A stretch of 64,000 nt of DNA from Desulfobacterales bacterium (lineage in GTDB: Bacteria; Desulfobacterota; Desulfobacteria; Desulfobacterales; UBA2245). The position numbers and the translations under genes are program-made. The stretch covers positions 1-64,000 of the forward strand of contig JAXGZF010000005.1 of the NCBI GenBank assembly GCA_040771865.1, in the 5' to 3' direction. Under the pieces are notes generated by a model. That model was not told the DNA's origin, did not search any database, and saw only the letters and a program-made list of their open reading frames with translations. Each line of letters begins with the position of its first letter. Within the stretch, counting starts at the first letter, position 1. Below are positions 48,101-59,658 of this stretch, piece by piece.

Positions 48101-50689
48101 ATGGAGGAACGATACGATCCGAAAGTGATTGAGCCCAAGTGGCAGAGAATCTGGGATGAAAAAGGCCTCTTCAGAGTAACTGAAGACCGGAAAAAGGAAA
48201 AATACTACATATTGGAGATGTTTCCTTATCCTTCAGGCAAGATTCACATGGGCCATGTCCGCAACTACACCATCGGCGACGTGGTGGCCCGCTACAAGCG
48301 GATGCACGGTTTTAACGTGCTGCATCCCATGGGCTGGGACGCATTCGGCATGCCGGCGGAGAATGCCGCGATCGCCAATAATACCCATCCAGCCCGATGG
48401 ACCTACGAAAACATCGATTACATGCGCGGCCAGCTCAAACGAATGGGATTTTCCTATGACTGGGATCGGGAAATCGCCACCTGCCGGCCCGAGTATTACC
48501 GATGGGAACAATGGCTTTTTCTGAAAATGCTCGAAAAGGACATGGTCTACCGGAAGGAATCCTTTGTCAACTGGTGCGACGACTGTCAGACGGTTCTGGC
48601 CAACGAACAGGTGGAAGCCGGGGCCTGCTGGCGCTGCGGCAAAGTCGTTCGCCAGAAGAAACTCTGGCAGTGGTTTTTCCGCATCACCGATTATGCCGAA
48701 GACCTTCTGGTCCATTGCGACGCACTTCCCGGATGGCCCGAAAAGGTGACCACCATGCAGAAAAACTGGATCGGAAAGAGTTTCGGCGCCGAGATCCGAT
48801 TTGCCGTCGCCAATTCATCCCGGTCCATTTCCGTTTTCACCACCCGGCCGGATACGCTGTTCGGCGCGACTTTCATGTGCCTGGCGCCGGAGCATCCGCT
48901 GGTCGTCGAACTTTCCAGAAATACGGCGGAGCAGGCGGCGGTCGATCAATTTGTGGAGCGTATTGCGCTTCAGGACCGTTCGGTAAAGGCCCTTGAAAAT
49001 TATGAAAAAGAAGGCGTTTTTATCGGCGCATGGTGCATTAATCCGGTCACCGGCTTTCAGATGCCGATCTTTGCAGCCAATTTTGCCCTGATGGAATACG
49101 GCACCGGCGCGGTGATGTCGGTTCCGGCCCATGACCAGCGCGATTTTGAATTTGCTAAAAAATACAATCTGTGCATCATTCCCGTGGTTAAACCGCCGGA
49201 TCTCGATCCCGACGCCCGCACGATGACCGAGGCCTATGAGGGCCATGGAGAGATGATTCATTCCGGACCCTTTGACGGGTTGGACAACGAGGCGGCCAAG
49301 GATGCCATCGTGGCGCATCTGGCTAAAAGGGAACTCGGTAAAAAAACCGTCAGCTACCGGCTTCGGGACTGGGGCATATCGCGGCAGCGTTACTGGGGCG
49401 CTCCCATTCCCGTGGTCCACTGCAACCGTTGCGGCGTCGTGCCGGTTCTTGAATCCCACCTTCCCATCGTGCTTCCCGAAGACGCCGATCTGCTGGAAGG
49501 CGGCCGGTCGCCTCTTCCCGAGCTGGATGATTTCAAGAATACCGCATGCCCCGAATGCGGCGCAAAAGATGCTCGGCGCGAGACCGATACCATGGATACT
49601 TTCGTGGAATCCTCCTGGTATTTTGAACGTTACTGCAGTCCGCGGTATGATCAGGGCATGTTGGACCGTTCCGCGGTATCCTACTGGATGCCTGTGGATC
49701 AGTATATCGGCGGTGTTGAACATGCCATCCTTCATCTGCTGTATTCCCGGTATTTCACCCGTGTTCTCAGGGAGTTCGGGCTGGTCGAATTCAAGGAGCC
49801 GTTCACACGGCTTCTGACTCAGGGCATGGTTTGCAAGGAAACCCTGTCCTGTCCGAACCATGGTTTTATTTTCCCCGACGATGCTAAAGACGGTGAGGTT
49901 CCGAAGTGCGCGAAATGCGGTCTGCCTGTGGTCGTGGGCCGCGTGGAAAAGATGTCCAAATCCAAGAGAAACGTCATTGATCCCAATTCTATGCTGGAAC
50001 GCTACGGAGCGGACACCACCCGCTTGTTCTGCCTTTTTGCGGCACCGCCGGAAAGGGATCTGGAATGGAGCGAGCAAGGAGTGGACGGGAGCTTCCGGTT
50101 TCTAAACCGCATCTGGCGGCGTGCGTCGGCTTGGATGGATCGAATCGCTCGGATGCCCGCCTATCAAGGAAGCCCGAATGATCTGGAAGGGCCGGTTCGG
50201 GAGCTTTATAAAAAGACTCATCAGACCATTCAGAAGGTCACCGGCGATATCGAAGACCGATTTCATTTCAACACCGCCATCAGCGCGATCATGGAGCTGG
50301 TCAATTCTCTCTACGCCGTCGACGAGAATGAGAATTCGGCCCACGCCTCCGAGGTGGTCCGTTTTGCCATAGAATCTGTTGTGCTGATGCTGGCGCCGAT
50401 TGTACCGCATTTTTCAGACGAGCTTTGGCGTACTTTGGGGCATGACGCGTCCGTTCTGGAAACGCCGTGGCCAAAATTTGACCCGGCCTGCCTGATCCGC
50501 GACGAATTAACCGTGGTGGTTCAGGTCAACGGAAAGCTCAGGAGCCGTTTTGAAATTCATGGGGACGCCGATGACGAGGTGATCAAAAAGCGGGCGCTTT
50601 CCGATGAACGGGTCGCGAAGTTCATCGGGGGCAAGGCGGTTCGAAAAATCATTGTGGTCAAGAAGAAACTGGTTAATATCGTGGTTTAA
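48101..50689 (+). CDS. leuS: Leucine--tRNA ligase
   Basis: [32 protein letters not shown]. Confidence 0.97.
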   Translation: MEERYDPKVIEPKWQRIWDEKGLFRVTEDRKKEKYYILEMFPYPSGKIHMGHVRNYTIGDVVARYKRMHGFNVLHPMGWDAFGMPAENAAIANNTHPARWTYENIDYMRGQLKRMGFSYDWDREIATCRPEYYRWEQWLFLKMLEKDMVYRKESFVNWCDDCQTVLANEQVEAGACWRCGKVVRQKKLWQWFFRITDYAEDLLVHCDALPGWPEKVTTMQKNWIGKSFGAEIRFAVANSSRSISVFTTRPDTLFGATFMCLAPEHPLVVELSRNTAEQAAVDQFVERIALQDRSVKALENYEKEGVFIGAWCINPVTGFQMPIFAANFALMEYGTGAVMSVPAHDQRDFEFAKKYNLCIIPVVKPPDLDPDARTMTEAYEGHGEMIHSGPFDGLDNEAAKDAIVAHLAKRELGKKTVSYRLRDWGISRQRYWGAPIPVVHCNRCGVVPVLESHLPIVLPEDADLLEGGRSPLPELDDFKNTACPECGAKDARRETDTMDTFVESSWYFERYCSPRYDQGMLDRSAVSYWMPVDQYIGGVEHAILHLLYSRYFTRVLREFGLVEFKEPFTRLLTQGMVCKETLSCPNHGFIFPDDAKDGEVPKCAKCGLPVVVGRVEKMSKSKRNVIDPNSMLERYGADTTRLFCLFAAPPERDLEWSEQGVDGSFRFLNRIWRRASAWMDRIARMPAYQGSPNDLEGPVRELYKKTHQTIQKVTGDIEDRFHFNTAISAIMELVNSLYAVDENENSAHASEVVRFAIESVVLMLAPIVPHFSDELWRTLGHDASVLETPWPKFDPACLIRDELTVVVQVNGKLRSRFEIHGDADDEVIKKRALSDERVAKFIGGKAVRKIIVVKKKLVNIVV

Positions 50690-50693
50690 CGCT

Positions 50694-51206
50694 ATGCGGC
50701 TTCATAGTCTTTTCTGCCTGGTCCTTCCGTTTGCCTTATTACTGGAGTCTTCGGGGTGCGGATACCGGTTTTCCGCGGATAGTAGCCTGCCTTCGGGCAT
50801 CGGAAATATTTCGGTCCGCATGTTTGAGAACCGGACCGGCGAGACCGGCGCCGAGGCCATTTTTACCAATGCATTGATTGCCGAACTGATGCGTTCCGGA
50901 GTCAGCATCGCGCAGGCGGACTCGGCGGATTCCCGGCTTGAGGGCGTCATTGAATCGGTGAATGTCGGTACTGTGTCGCGTCGATCCACTCAGGTTTCAA
51001 CGGAAAGACGCATTCAAATGGCGGTTTTATTCAAGCTGTTCAACCGGGATGGAAATCTGTTGTCCTCAGGAAGGGTTTCCGAGGAGCGGGATTATCGGGT
51101 AACTGCCAACAGAACAGCCACGGATGCCGCACGATTGGACGCAATTCGGCAGATTTCTCAAGATGTTGCCGAACAGGTTCGACACCGTTTGTGTGAAAAC
51201 TTCTAG
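50694..51206 (+). CDS. lptE: LPS assembly lipoprotein LptE family
   Basis: Signal ending SGC-GYRF, FENRT motif, position directly after leuS. Confidence 0.82.
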   Translation: MRLHSLFCLVLPFALLLESSGCGYRFSADSSLPSGIGNISVRMFENRTGETGAEAIFTNALIAELMRSGVSIAQADSADSRLEGVIESVNVGTVSRRSTQVSTERRIQMAVLFKLFNRDGNLLSSGRVSEERDYRVTANRTATDAARLDAIRQISQDVAEQVRHRLCENF

Positions 51207-51267
51207 GTCTTTGCACGGGGCGCAGTCCAGCGTATAATTGATGAAACCGCGCCCTGTGCAGATATAT

Positions 51268-51534
51268 CTAGTCTGAGAGTGCGTTGACCAGTTTGGAAAG
51301 ACGGGAAATTTTCCGAGAAGCGGTTTTGGGATGAAGCACGCCCTTTTTGCAGGCCTTGTCAATTATGGATTTTGCTGAGTTTAACTCCGCAAAGACGTTT
51401 TCCGCCGGTTCTTTGCTCGCCGCTGTACGAACGGATTTGACCACGTTCTTGACCCTTGTTTTGACTGACCGATTCCGCATCCGACGATTTTCATTCTGCC
51501 GGGCGCGTTTTAATGCGGATTTATGATTCGCCAA
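51268..51534 (-). CDS. rpsT: 30S ribosomal protein S20
   Basis: MANHKSALKRARQ...IDKA.KKGVLH..TASRKISRL. Confidence 0.97.
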   Translation of the reverse strand: MANHKSALKRARQNENRRMRNRSVKTRVKNVVKSVRTAASKEPAENVFAELNSAKSIIDKACKKGVLHPKTASRKISRLSKLVNALSD

Positions 51535-51640
51535 ATTAGCACTCCTTTCAATGATCGGTATTCAATGTATCCTAAATTAGGAACCAATACTGATTTAGAG
51601 TTTTTTTGTCAAGGAATTTTGTTGGCAATGAATCATATTT

Positions 51641-53203
51641 ATGTCTGAGTCGGTACAAATTACGCGGGCAACCGCCATTATCGGAACTGCCACGCTGCTC
51701 AGCCGTATTCTGGGTTTCGTACGCGACATGGTCATTGCATGGGTGCTGGGCGCCGGCTTGGTATCGGATGCTTTTCTGGCCGCCTTTCGGTTGCCGGACC
51801 TGATGCGCCGCCTTTTTGTCGAAGGCGCATTCAGCATGGCCTTTGTTCCGGTTTTTTCTGAACGACTTACTCTCGATGGCAGGGATTCCGCCCTTAAGCT
51901 GGCGTCTTTGGCCGGCCGCATGCTGGCTGTTGTCCTGATCGGCACCGTAATCGTTGGCATTCTTATCGCCCCCTTTCTTGTCCGAATTCTGGCCCCGGGT
52001 TTTTCGGCCCGACCGGCTCAGTTTGACATGGCCGTTTCACTGGTGCGCATCATGCTGCCTTATGTTTTTTTTATCGGCATGACTGCGTTTTTTGCGGCGG
52101 TTTTAAATGGTTTTGGACATTTTGCCGCTCCGGCATTTTCGCCGCTGATTCTGAATGTTTCGATGATCTGTTTTGCGCTGTCAACGGTTTTTGTGCCGGA
52201 TTCTCCTGCATTTTTCATAGCGCTGGGCGTTTTGTTCGGAGGCCTGTGTCAGATGCTGTTGCAGTTTCCATTTTTAATAAACCGTCGTGCAATCTGTTTA
52301 TCGTCCTTCGGAACCTGGGCGGATCCAGGCATCAAAAAAATTCGACATCGCTTGGTTCCATCGATATTCGGAGCTTCCGCCTATCAGATCAATCTGGTTC
52401 TGGGTACGTTTCTGGCCTCATTTTCAGGCTTGGGCGGCATTTCTTATCTGTACTACGCAGACCGGCTGATTCAGTTTCCCCTGGGAATCTTTGCCGTATC
52501 GGCCTCAACAGCACTGCTGCCCGGTTTGTGCAGGCAGGCCTGCCTGAAGCAGTCGGTTCAAATGTCCGAGGACTTTGAAAAAACACTTGGACTGATTTTT
52601 TTTCTGACACTGCCGGCAATGATGGGGATGATCGTCCTGCGTCAACCGATGGTTGAACTGCTTTTTTGTCACGGTGCTTTCGATATCCAATCCAGCAGAT
52701 TGACTGCGAATGCGCTTTTGTATTATGGTATAAGTCTATGGGCGATAGCGGGATTACGGGTCATTATTCCGGTTTTTTATGCGCTTGGCGAAACGCGGAT
52801 CCCGGTACGTGCGTCCGCGATATCGATCTGTGTTTACGGCGTTCTGGGTCCATCGCTGATGACGTTTATGGGCTATTCCGGGCTGGCGCTGGCCGCCAGC
52901 GTCGCCGCTGCCGCCAATTTTGGTCTGCTGGTCTGGCGGATGCCGCGTGATCGGTTTGAATGGCGCTGGAAAAATATGGGCAATTCTTTTTTGAAGAGTT
53001 TAATGCTTTCATCGATCATGGGGGCAGGGGTCTGGTTGATTTCTCGGGGATTGATTCAGCATCGGACCGGATGGCCTTTGGCCGCGGGTCTTTTAGCGTG
53101 TATCAGCGCCGGTATTTTGATTTATGGAGCGCTGAGCATTTTCTGCGGCCGTCCCGAAATAAAGTGGGCCTGGTCGCTTTTTGAGAACAAAGGGAAACGA
53201 TGA
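51641..53203 (+). CDS. murJ: Lipid II flippase MurJ (MviN)
   Basis: SRILGFVRD, AFRLPDLMRRLFVEGAFSMAFVP, YYADRLIQFPLG. Confidence 0.95.
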   Translation: MSESVQITRATAIIGTATLLSRILGFVRDMVIAWVLGAGLVSDAFLAAFRLPDLMRRLFVEGAFSMAFVPVFSERLTLDGRDSALKLASLAGRMLAVVLIGTVIVGILIAPFLVRILAPGFSARPAQFDMAVSLVRIMLPYVFFIGMTAFFAAVLNGFGHFAAPAFSPLILNVSMICFALSTVFVPDSPAFFIALGVLFGGLCQMLLQFPFLINRRAICLSSFGTWADPGIKKIRHRLVPSIFGASAYQINLVLGTFLASFSGLGGISYLYYADRLIQFPLGIFAVSASTALLPGLCRQACLKQSVQMSEDFEKTLGLIFFLTLPAMMGMIVLRQPMVELLFCHGAFDIQSSRLTANALLYYGISLWAIAGLRVIIPVFYALGETRIPVRASAISICVYGVLGPSLMTFMGYSGLALAASVAAAANFGLLVWRMPRDRFEWRWKNMGNSFLKSLMLSSIMGAGVWLISRGLIQHRTGWPLAAGLLACISAGILIYGALSIFCGRPEIKWAWSLFENKGKR

Positions 53204-53490
53204 GTGCTCGACAGAAAATTTTATTGATCTTTGTCGTTTTCGGACTGTTTTCGATGCTTTTTCTGATTGTCGAGGGAGAGAATGGTCTTAAGGATCTCAG
53301 CGTTCTTCGAAATCAGCGTGACCGAATACGGGAAAAAAAAGCTCGGATTGAGAAAGAGAATATAAAACTTTACCGAGAAATAGACCGGCTTAAGAATGAT
53401 CCCGCTTATATCGAGAGCGTGGCAAGAAAGGAACTCGGCATGATCGGGAAAAACGAGGTGATTCTCAAAACCCGGGATGCCGGAAGGTAG
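53200..53490 (+). CDS. ftsB: Septum formation initiator FtsB/DivIC family
   Basis: TM helix, coiled coil, 'DPAYIESVARKELGMI..NE'. Confidence 0.88.
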   Translation: MSARQKILLIFVVFGLFSMLFLIVEGENGLKDLSVLRNQRDRIREKKARIEKENIKLYREIDRLKNDPAYIESVARKELGMIGKNEVILKTRDAGR

Positions 53491-53658
53491 CCTGGTCGAT
53501 ACCCATTGCCCTGGAAGCAAAGCGCTGCCTGAAATTGATCGGCGATTTTGTCAAAGCAGCGCACTTTTTATTTTAAGTATCGTGGTTGTTTTCGGATTCA
53601 TACCGCGAATTGATTTGAAATATAGATGCCCGTCATGAAGGACTGAAAGAACTGTTCA

Positions 53659-53958
53659 ATGAACCATTGCTGCACTGTCAGTATCGCGAGAGTTTACGAG
53701 GCCCAGGGTTGTCTGGAAAGAGCCGTTTGGGTCTATCGCCGGCTTCTTGAAAAAGATCCGCAGCGGGAAGACTGGCGGCATGCCGTAGAAAGGCTGGAAT
53801 GCAAAATAACGAATCGACCCCGCAGGCGGGCGGAGGATCTCCTGCCGCTGATGTGCCGGTTGGTCGATCTGGCGCTGTGCTGTCGCCGTGTCATCAGCGC
53901 CCGAAAAATCAACAGTCTTTTTCTTCAAACGCAATCGCCGAATTCCGATAAGCGTTAA
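53659..53958 (+). CDS. Small TPR-like hypothetical protein
   Basis: 'TVSIARVYEAQGCLERAVWVYRRLLEKDP' is a single TPR-like motif. Confidence 0.6.
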   Translation: MNHCCTVSIARVYEAQGCLERAVWVYRRLLEKDPQREDWRHAVERLECKITNRPRRRAEDLLPLMCRLVDLALCCRRVISARKINSLFLQTQSPNSDKR

Positions 53959-54031
53959 CAGCCGTTGGAAACGGTGATTTCATATTCAAAAGCGGCCAGA
54001 GAGTGCAAATTATTTTCAATCGGGGAATGTG

Positions 54032-55117
54032 ATGAAACGTGCTCTGATCACCGGAATAACCGGGCAGGATGGGTCTTATTTAGCCGAATTTCTTCTTAAA
54101 AAAGGATACGAGGTTCACGGCGTCAAGCGACGGGCTTCATCGTTCAATACGGAGCGGGTCGACCACCTTTACAGGGACCCCCATGAAAGCGGCGTCAGGT
54201 TTTTCATGCACTACGGGGACCTGACCGATGCCACCAACCTGATCCGCATTATTCAGGAGATACAGCCCTGCGAAATCTACAACCTTGGGGCGCAGAGCCA
54301 TGTTCAAGTTTCCTTTGAAACACCGGAGTATACGGCGAATGTCGATGCCCTGGGCGTTCTTCGAATACTGGAGGCCATTCGAATACTGCACCTTGAAAAC
54401 AAGACAAGATTCTACCAGGCTTCCACATCCGAAATGTTCGGTAGGGTTCGGGAGGTTCCCCAGAAGGAAACCACGCCGTTTTACCCCAGGTCGCCTTACG
54501 GGGCCGCCAAGCTTTACGCCTACTGGATTACGGTCAACTACCGGGAAGCATACGGCATTTACGCCTGCAATGGAATCCTTTTCAACCACGAGTCGCCCGT
54601 TCGGGGTGAAACTTTTGTGAGTCGAAAGATCACCCGTGCCCTTGCGCGCATCAAACTCGGACTTCAGAATACGCTTTATCTGGGAAATCTGGATGCCAGG
54701 CGGGACTGGGGGCACGCCCGCGACTATGTGGAAATGCAATGGCTGATGCTTCAGCAGGCGGAACCGGATGATTACGTGATCGCTACCGGTGTTCAGCACA
54801 CGGTGCGTGAATTTGTCGAGACGGCCTGCCGGCATCTGGAATTATCCATTCAATGGCGGGGCGCCGGGGCGGATGAAAAAGGCATTGATCCAAAGACGGG
54901 CGCGGTTTTTGTGGCCGTGGATCCGAGATATTTCCGGCCCACAGAGGTGGAAACGCTTCTGGGAGATTCGTCCAAGGCCCATGCCACGCTCGGCTGGAAA
55001 CCGAAGGTTGGATTTGACGATCTGGTAATGGAAATGGCGATCGAGGATCTCAGGCAGGCCGAGCGGGATCATCTCTGCCGCAGGGAAGGGTATCGGATTC
55101 CGAACCATTTTGAATAA
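54032..55117 (+). CDS. gmd: GDP-mannose 4,6-dehydratase
   Basis: [56 protein letters not shown]. Confidence 0.97.
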   Translation: MKRALITGITGQDGSYLAEFLLKKGYEVHGVKRRASSFNTERVDHLYRDPHESGVRFFMHYGDLTDATNLIRIIQEIQPCEIYNLGAQSHVQVSFETPEYTANVDALGVLRILEAIRILHLENKTRFYQASTSEMFGRVREVPQKETTPFYPRSPYGAAKLYAYWITVNYREAYGIYACNGILFNHESPVRGETFVSRKITRALARIKLGLQNTLYLGNLDARRDWGHARDYVEMQWLMLQQAEPDDYVIATGVQHTVREFVETACRHLELSIQWRGAGADEKGIDPKTGAVFVAVDPRYFRPTEVETLLGDSSKAHATLGWKPKVGFDDLVMEMAIEDLRQAERDHLCRREGYRIPNHFE

Positions 55118-55143
55118 GCCGGGAGTTGCTTTTGAGGGATGTG

Positions 55144-56256
55144 ATGGATATCGGCGCTTCGGACGGCGCGCTTGCAAAGGATTCGGCGGTTTTTGTCGCC
55201 GGACATCGGGGAATGGTGGGGTCCGCCGTGGTGAGATGTCTGCAGAATCGTGGTTTTGTGGAAATCGTCACGGCAGGCAAAGATGAACTGGATCTGCTGG
55301 ACCAGAGGGCAGTGGCATCATTTTTCCAGACTCGAAAAATCGATGCGGTAATTCTGGCCGCCGCCAGAGTGGGCGGTATTCATGCGAACGCCGCTTTTCC
55401 CGCCGAATTTATCTACCAGAACCTGATGATCGAGGCCAATGTGATTCACCAGGCCTTTTGCGCCGGGGTTAAAGACCTGTTGTTTCTGGGAAGTTCCTGC
55501 ATTTATCCGCGCGAATGTCCCCAGCCGATTCAGGAAGGCTATCTGATGACCGGGCCCTTGGAGCCGACCAACGCACCCTATGCCCTGGCCAAGATTTCAG
55601 GCATCGAACTTTGCCGGGCTTACAACCGACAGTACGGGGTACACTACCGGTGCGTGATGCCCACCAATCTATACGGCGAGAACGACAACTTCGACCTGCA
55701 GACCTCCCATGTTCTGCCGGCGATGATTCGCAAATTTCACCTGGCAAGACTGGCGCAATGCGGCGACTGGAATGCCGTCGAAAGGGATCAGGCCCGTTTC
55801 GGTATGATTCCGAAAAACTTTTTATCCTCCCTGGCGGCTATTGCCCGCTTCTCGGGTTATCGCGTGCCGGTGGAATTGGAATTCTCGATCAAAGAGGCCA
55901 GGCCCGAGGTTACGCTCTGGGGAAGCGGGACTCCCCGGCGAGAATTTCTTCATGTGGACGATCTGGCAGAGGCCTGTCTTTTTGTCCTGGCCATGACCGG
56001 CAACGCCGATCATACACGGTCTTTTATTTTTAATGTGGGCGTCGGAAAGGATCTGAGCATCGCAGAGCTTGCCGAATGTATTCAGAAAATCTGCGGCTAT
56101 CAGGGCCCGGTGTCCTGGGATCGGTCCATGCCCGACGGAACGCCGCGAAAGCTTCTGGATGTTTCCAGGCTTGCGGATCGTGGATGGACGGCCTCAATAC
56201 CCCTGTTGCAAGGGATTAAAGCCACCTTTCAATGGTATATTGAACAATTGAAATAA
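55144..56256 (+). CDS. fcl: GDP-L-fucose synthase (start may be 55126 or 55141)
   Basis: AGHRGMVGSA, AARVGGI, LGSSCIYP, YALAK, PTNLYG, WGSGTPRREFLHVDD, DGTPRK. Confidence 0.95.
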   Translation: MDIGASDGALAKDSAVFVAGHRGMVGSAVVRCLQNRGFVEIVTAGKDELDLLDQRAVASFFQTRKIDAVILAAARVGGIHANAAFPAEFIYQNLMIEANVIHQAFCAGVKDLLFLGSSCIYPRECPQPIQEGYLMTGPLEPTNAPYALAKISGIELCRAYNRQYGVHYRCVMPTNLYGENDNFDLQTSHVLPAMIRKFHLARLAQCGDWNAVERDQARFGMIPKNFLSSLAAIARFSGYRVPVELEFSIKEARPEVTLWGSGTPRREFLHVDDLAEACLFVLAMTGNADHTRSFIFNVGVGKDLSIAELAECIQKICGYQGPVSWDRSMPDGTPRKLLDVSRLADRGWTASIPLLQGIKATFQWYIEQLK

Positions 56257-56619
56257 CGATTCAAAGATTGTTCGCCTGACCGTTTATGCAACGCGCGACC
56301 CTGCGGTGCCGTTGACCGCCACTAAATCGAAATCCCGGACGCAAACTTGACAAACCGGTGTCTCCTGGTCTAATTCAAGCGATTGTATAAATTCCGTCTC
56401 AGACGGAGTGCAGGTTTGCGGTTTTGTGCCTGAGACTGGGAGATCCGTCCTTTAATTTGGAAATGTATAATAAATTCAGTTCTTTATTGAATTAATTTCC
56501 CTTTACGGAAAAAGTGGAGCCGTACTGGCGCCTGACGCGATCGTCGGCTATTTATGGGTTCTGCACTCCGTGTGTTTTCAGACACAGGGGGGTTGTCAAC
56601 AACCGAAGGGAGTATTTCC

Positions 56620-57966
56620 ATGGAGATATGCATTGTTGGAACCGGTTATGTCGGTCTGGTTACGGCAGCCTGTTTAGCTGAAATGGGAAACAATGTCTGG
56701 TGCGTGGATGTGGATTCAGGAATTGTGGAAATCCTGAACAACGGCAAGATCCACATCTATGAACCCGGACTGGAGGAACTGGTCCGGCGTAACGCAACCC
56801 AGGAGAGACTCCGGTTTACCACTGATTTTTCCGAGGCGCTTGAACGCTCCCTCTTTGTCTTCAACTGCGTGGGAACGCCTTCCGGGGGTGACGGATCCTG
56901 CGATCTTTCCCAGGTCCGTGCAGTGGCGACTCAGGTCGGCCGTCTGATCGAAGACTACAAGATTGTGGTCAACAAGTCCACCGTGCCCGTGGGGACTGCG
57001 GACCTGGTGCGGTCACTGATTCAGTCCGAACTGGACAAGCGGGAGATCCAGGTGGAATTCGACGTGGTGTCCAATCCGGAATTTTTAAAAGAAGGAGATG
57101 CGGTCAATGATTTTATGAAGCCCGACCGGGTAATTGTCGGCGCCGACAACGTCCGGACCGCCAAGCTGCTCGAAGCGCTTTACGCGCCTTTTGCCCGAAG
57201 CCGTGATAAAATGATCGTCATGAGTGTTCGCAGCGCTGAGATGACCAAGTATGCCGCCAACTGCATGCTGGCCGCCAAAATATCCTTTATCAACGAAATC
57301 GCCGGTATCTGCGAAGCCATGGGGGCCGATGTGCGGGATGTGCGCCTGGGGATCGGTTCGGACCAGCGCATCGGCCATCATTTTATTTATCCGGGCGTCG
57401 GCTATGGCGGGTCCTGTTTTCCCAAGGATATCCGCGCCCTCATCAGTACAGCCCGCCAGAACGGTCTGGAACCCCGGTTGCTTTCCGCGGTTGATCAGGT
57501 CAACGAGTATCAGAAGCAGGTCCTGTCGCATAAAATTCGTAAATATTTTGCTGCTCAGGGCGGTGTAGAAGACAGGGTTCTGGCCTTGTGGGGACTTTCT
57601 TTCAAGGCCAATACCGATGATATTCGGGAGGCCCCCTCAATAAGGATAATTGAGGAGCTGACTGCTCAAGGCATGCGGATTCGGGCCTTTGATCCGGCTG
57701 CAGGAGACCGGGCAAGAAACGAATTAGCCGAAAATTCTCTGGTACGGATTCTGGACAATCAATACAGGATTCTTGAGGGTGCGGACGCTCTGGCCGTGGT
57801 CACCGACTGGAACCAGTTCAGAAATCCGGATTTTCAGCGGATCAAAAGCGCGCTGAAGCAACCGGTAATTTTTGACGGCCGGAATCTGTATTCGCCAACC
57901 CTCCTGGCGGATCAGGGATTTGCCTATTTCTGCATCGGTCGTCCGGTCGCGGGATTTAAGGCATGA
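56620..57966 (+). CDS. ugd: UDP-glucose 6-dehydrogenase
   Basis: GTGYVGLV, KSTVPVGT, NPEFLKEG, GYGGSCFPKD, FKANTDDIRE. Confidence 0.95.
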   Translation: MEICIVGTGYVGLVTAACLAEMGNNVWCVDVDSGIVEILNNGKIHIYEPGLEELVRRNATQERLRFTTDFSEALERSLFVFNCVGTPSGGDGSCDLSQVRAVATQVGRLIEDYKIVVNKSTVPVGTADLVRSLIQSELDKREIQVEFDVVSNPEFLKEGDAVNDFMKPDRVIVGADNVRTAKLLEALYAPFARSRDKMIVMSVRSAEMTKYAANCMLAAKISFINEIAGICEAMGADVRDVRLGIGSDQRIGHHFIYPGVGYGGSCFPKDIRALISTARQNGLEPRLLSAVDQVNEYQKQVLSHKIRKYFAAQGGVEDRVLALWGLSFKANTDDIREAPSIRIIEELTAQGMRIRAFDPAAGDRARNELAENSLVRILDNQYRILEGADALAVVTDWNQFRNPDFQRIKSALKQPVIFDGRNLYSPTLLADQGFAYFCIGRPVAGFKA

Positions 57967-58013
57967 ATGCGGTAAGCTTGAAACTGAAAATCAAACGTTC
58001 AGGATGATCATGC

Positions 58014-58985
58014 ATGCGAAACTATGACTCCAGCAAACGGATTCTGATTACCGGCGGGGCCGGATTTCTCGGCTCCCATCTGTGTGAACGTCTGTCGGAA
58101 GATGGACACGAGGTGCTTTGCGTCGATAACTTTTATACCGGCCGTAGAGCGAACGTGGCAAACCTTATCGGCCGTTCCAATTTTGAAATCCAGCGGCACG
58201 ACATCTGTTTTCCGCTTTATGTGGAAGTTGACGAGATTTACAATCTGGCATGCCCGGCTTCCCCGGTTCATTACCAGTTCGATCCGGTCCAGACTACGAA
58301 AACCAGTGTGCACGGAGCCATCAACATGCTGGGGCTTGCCAAGCGCGTCAAGGCCAGAATTTTTCAGGCATCGACCAGCGAAGTTTATGGAGACCCGAAG
58401 ATTCACCCGCAGACCGAGGCATACTGGGGGCATGTCAATCCCATCGGGATCCGATCCTGTTATGATGAAGGCAAACGGTGCGCCGAGACCCTTTTTTTCG
58501 ACTACCGCCGTCAGCACCGCCTCTCGATCAAGGTGGCCCGGATTTTCAATACATACGGTCCGCGCATGCATCCCAACGATGGCCGTGTGGTTTCCAACTT
58601 CATCATTCAGGCCCTGACCCACCAGCCCATCACCATCTACGGAGACGGGAGCCAGACACGATCCTTCTGCTACGTGGACGACATGGTCGAGGCCTTTATT
58701 CGACTCATGAAAACATCCGATGATTTCACGGGCCCGGTGAACCTTGGAAATCCCGGTGAGTTGTCCATTCTTCAGCTCGCAGAGAAACTCATTGATCTGA
58801 CCGGATCCCGATCCGAAATGATTTTCAAACCGCTTCCCGGTGATGACCCGATTCAGCGCCAGCCCGATATCGATTTGGCCAGAGAGACACTTGGATGGGA
58901 ACCGAAAATCGGATTGCATGAGGGATTGAAAAAGACCGTTGACTATTTTGACGATTTTCTTTCGAAGAATAACGGCTTTTCTTGA
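58014..58985 (+). CDS. uxs: UDP-glucuronate decarboxylase (UDP-xylose synthase family)
   Basis: [55 protein letters not shown]. Confidence 0.93.
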   Translation: MRNYDSSKRILITGGAGFLGSHLCERLSEDGHEVLCVDNFYTGRRANVANLIGRSNFEIQRHDICFPLYVEVDEIYNLACPASPVHYQFDPVQTTKTSVHGAINMLGLAKRVKARIFQASTSEVYGDPKIHPQTEAYWGHVNPIGIRSCYDEGKRCAETLFFDYRRQHRLSIKVARIFNTYGPRMHPNDGRVVSNFIIQALTHQPITIYGDGSQTRSFCYVDDMVEAFIRLMKTSDDFTGPVNLGNPGELSILQLAEKLIDLTGSRSEMIFKPLPGDDPIQRQPDIDLARETLGWEPKIGLHEGLKKTVDYFDDFLSKNNGFS

Positions 58986-59656
58986 TGAGAAGATTATTTG
59001 ACCTTTTACTTTCGATCATTTCGGTAATCGTTGTTTCGCCTATTTTCATTGTCGTTATACCCGTTCTCAAGTTTACCGGAGAGGGGTGTGTTTTTTTTGT
59101 TCAGGAGCGTGTGGGAGAGGGGGGCAGCCGTTTTGGCCTTCTGAAGTTTGCCACAATGCTCAAAGACAGCCCGAATACGGGAACTGTAACGGCCATGAAT
59201 GATCCGCGGATTCTGCCGGCGGGGCGGTTTCTTCGGGCAGCGAAGATCAATGAACTGCCTCAGATTTTGAACGTGGTGAAGGGAGATATGTCCATTGTAG
59301 GGCCGAGGCCTCTTACCGAAGAGGCGTTTCAGTATTACTCCGAAGATGTCAGGACGGTTATCCGCAGGATGAAGCCCGGATTGACCGGCATGGGAACAAT
59401 TGTCTTCCGGAATGAGGAGCGGATTCTGTTTGAATCTGCAAAAGAGAAGATGGCCTGTTATGCAAATGACATTATTCCCCTGAAAGGGGCTTTGGAAAAA
59501 TGGTATTACGAACACCGGAGTTTCTGGGTGGATCTGAAGATTGTCGTGGCAACGGCGCTGGCAATTGCGGCGCCCGGGGCGCGTTTTTATCTGAAGTGGT
59601 TTGATATTGAGCCCTTGCTGAAGGAATCGTCTTTGCGTGCTTATTTTACAGACTGA
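58985..59656 (+). CDS. Bacterial sugar transferase (phosphoglycosyl transferase)
   Basis: RLFD, QERVG, KFATM, DPRI, KINELPQILNVVKGDMSIVGPRP, KPGLTG. Confidence 0.92.
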   Translation: MRRLFDLLLSIISVIVVSPIFIVVIPVLKFTGEGCVFFVQERVGEGGSRFGLLKFATMLKDSPNTGTVTAMNDPRILPAGRFLRAAKINELPQILNVVKGDMSIVGPRPLTEEAFQYYSEDVRTVIRRMKPGLTGMGTIVFRNEERILFESAKEKMACYANDIIPLKGALEKWYYEHRSFWVDLKIVVATALAIAAPGARFYLKWFDIEPLLKESSLRAYFTD

Positions 59657-59658
59657 CC

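Noticed and set aside
17570..50077. Long antisense ORFs (e.g. 17570-18517, 23727-24929, 33729-35153, 35256-36347, 48815-50077)
   Set aside because: They are shadow frames opposite well-supported genes, expected from codon bias, and show no motifs of their own.
53955..53975. ttaacagccgttggaaac resembling the MITE end
   Set aside because: Short, mismatched, and with no partner inverted repeat or internal similarity.
56320..56460. GGACGCAAA motif and short hairpins before ugd as a riboswitch
   Set aside because: There is no paired stem around the GAAA loop, so no convincing aptamer. A TTGACA at 56347 has only a weak -10 partner.
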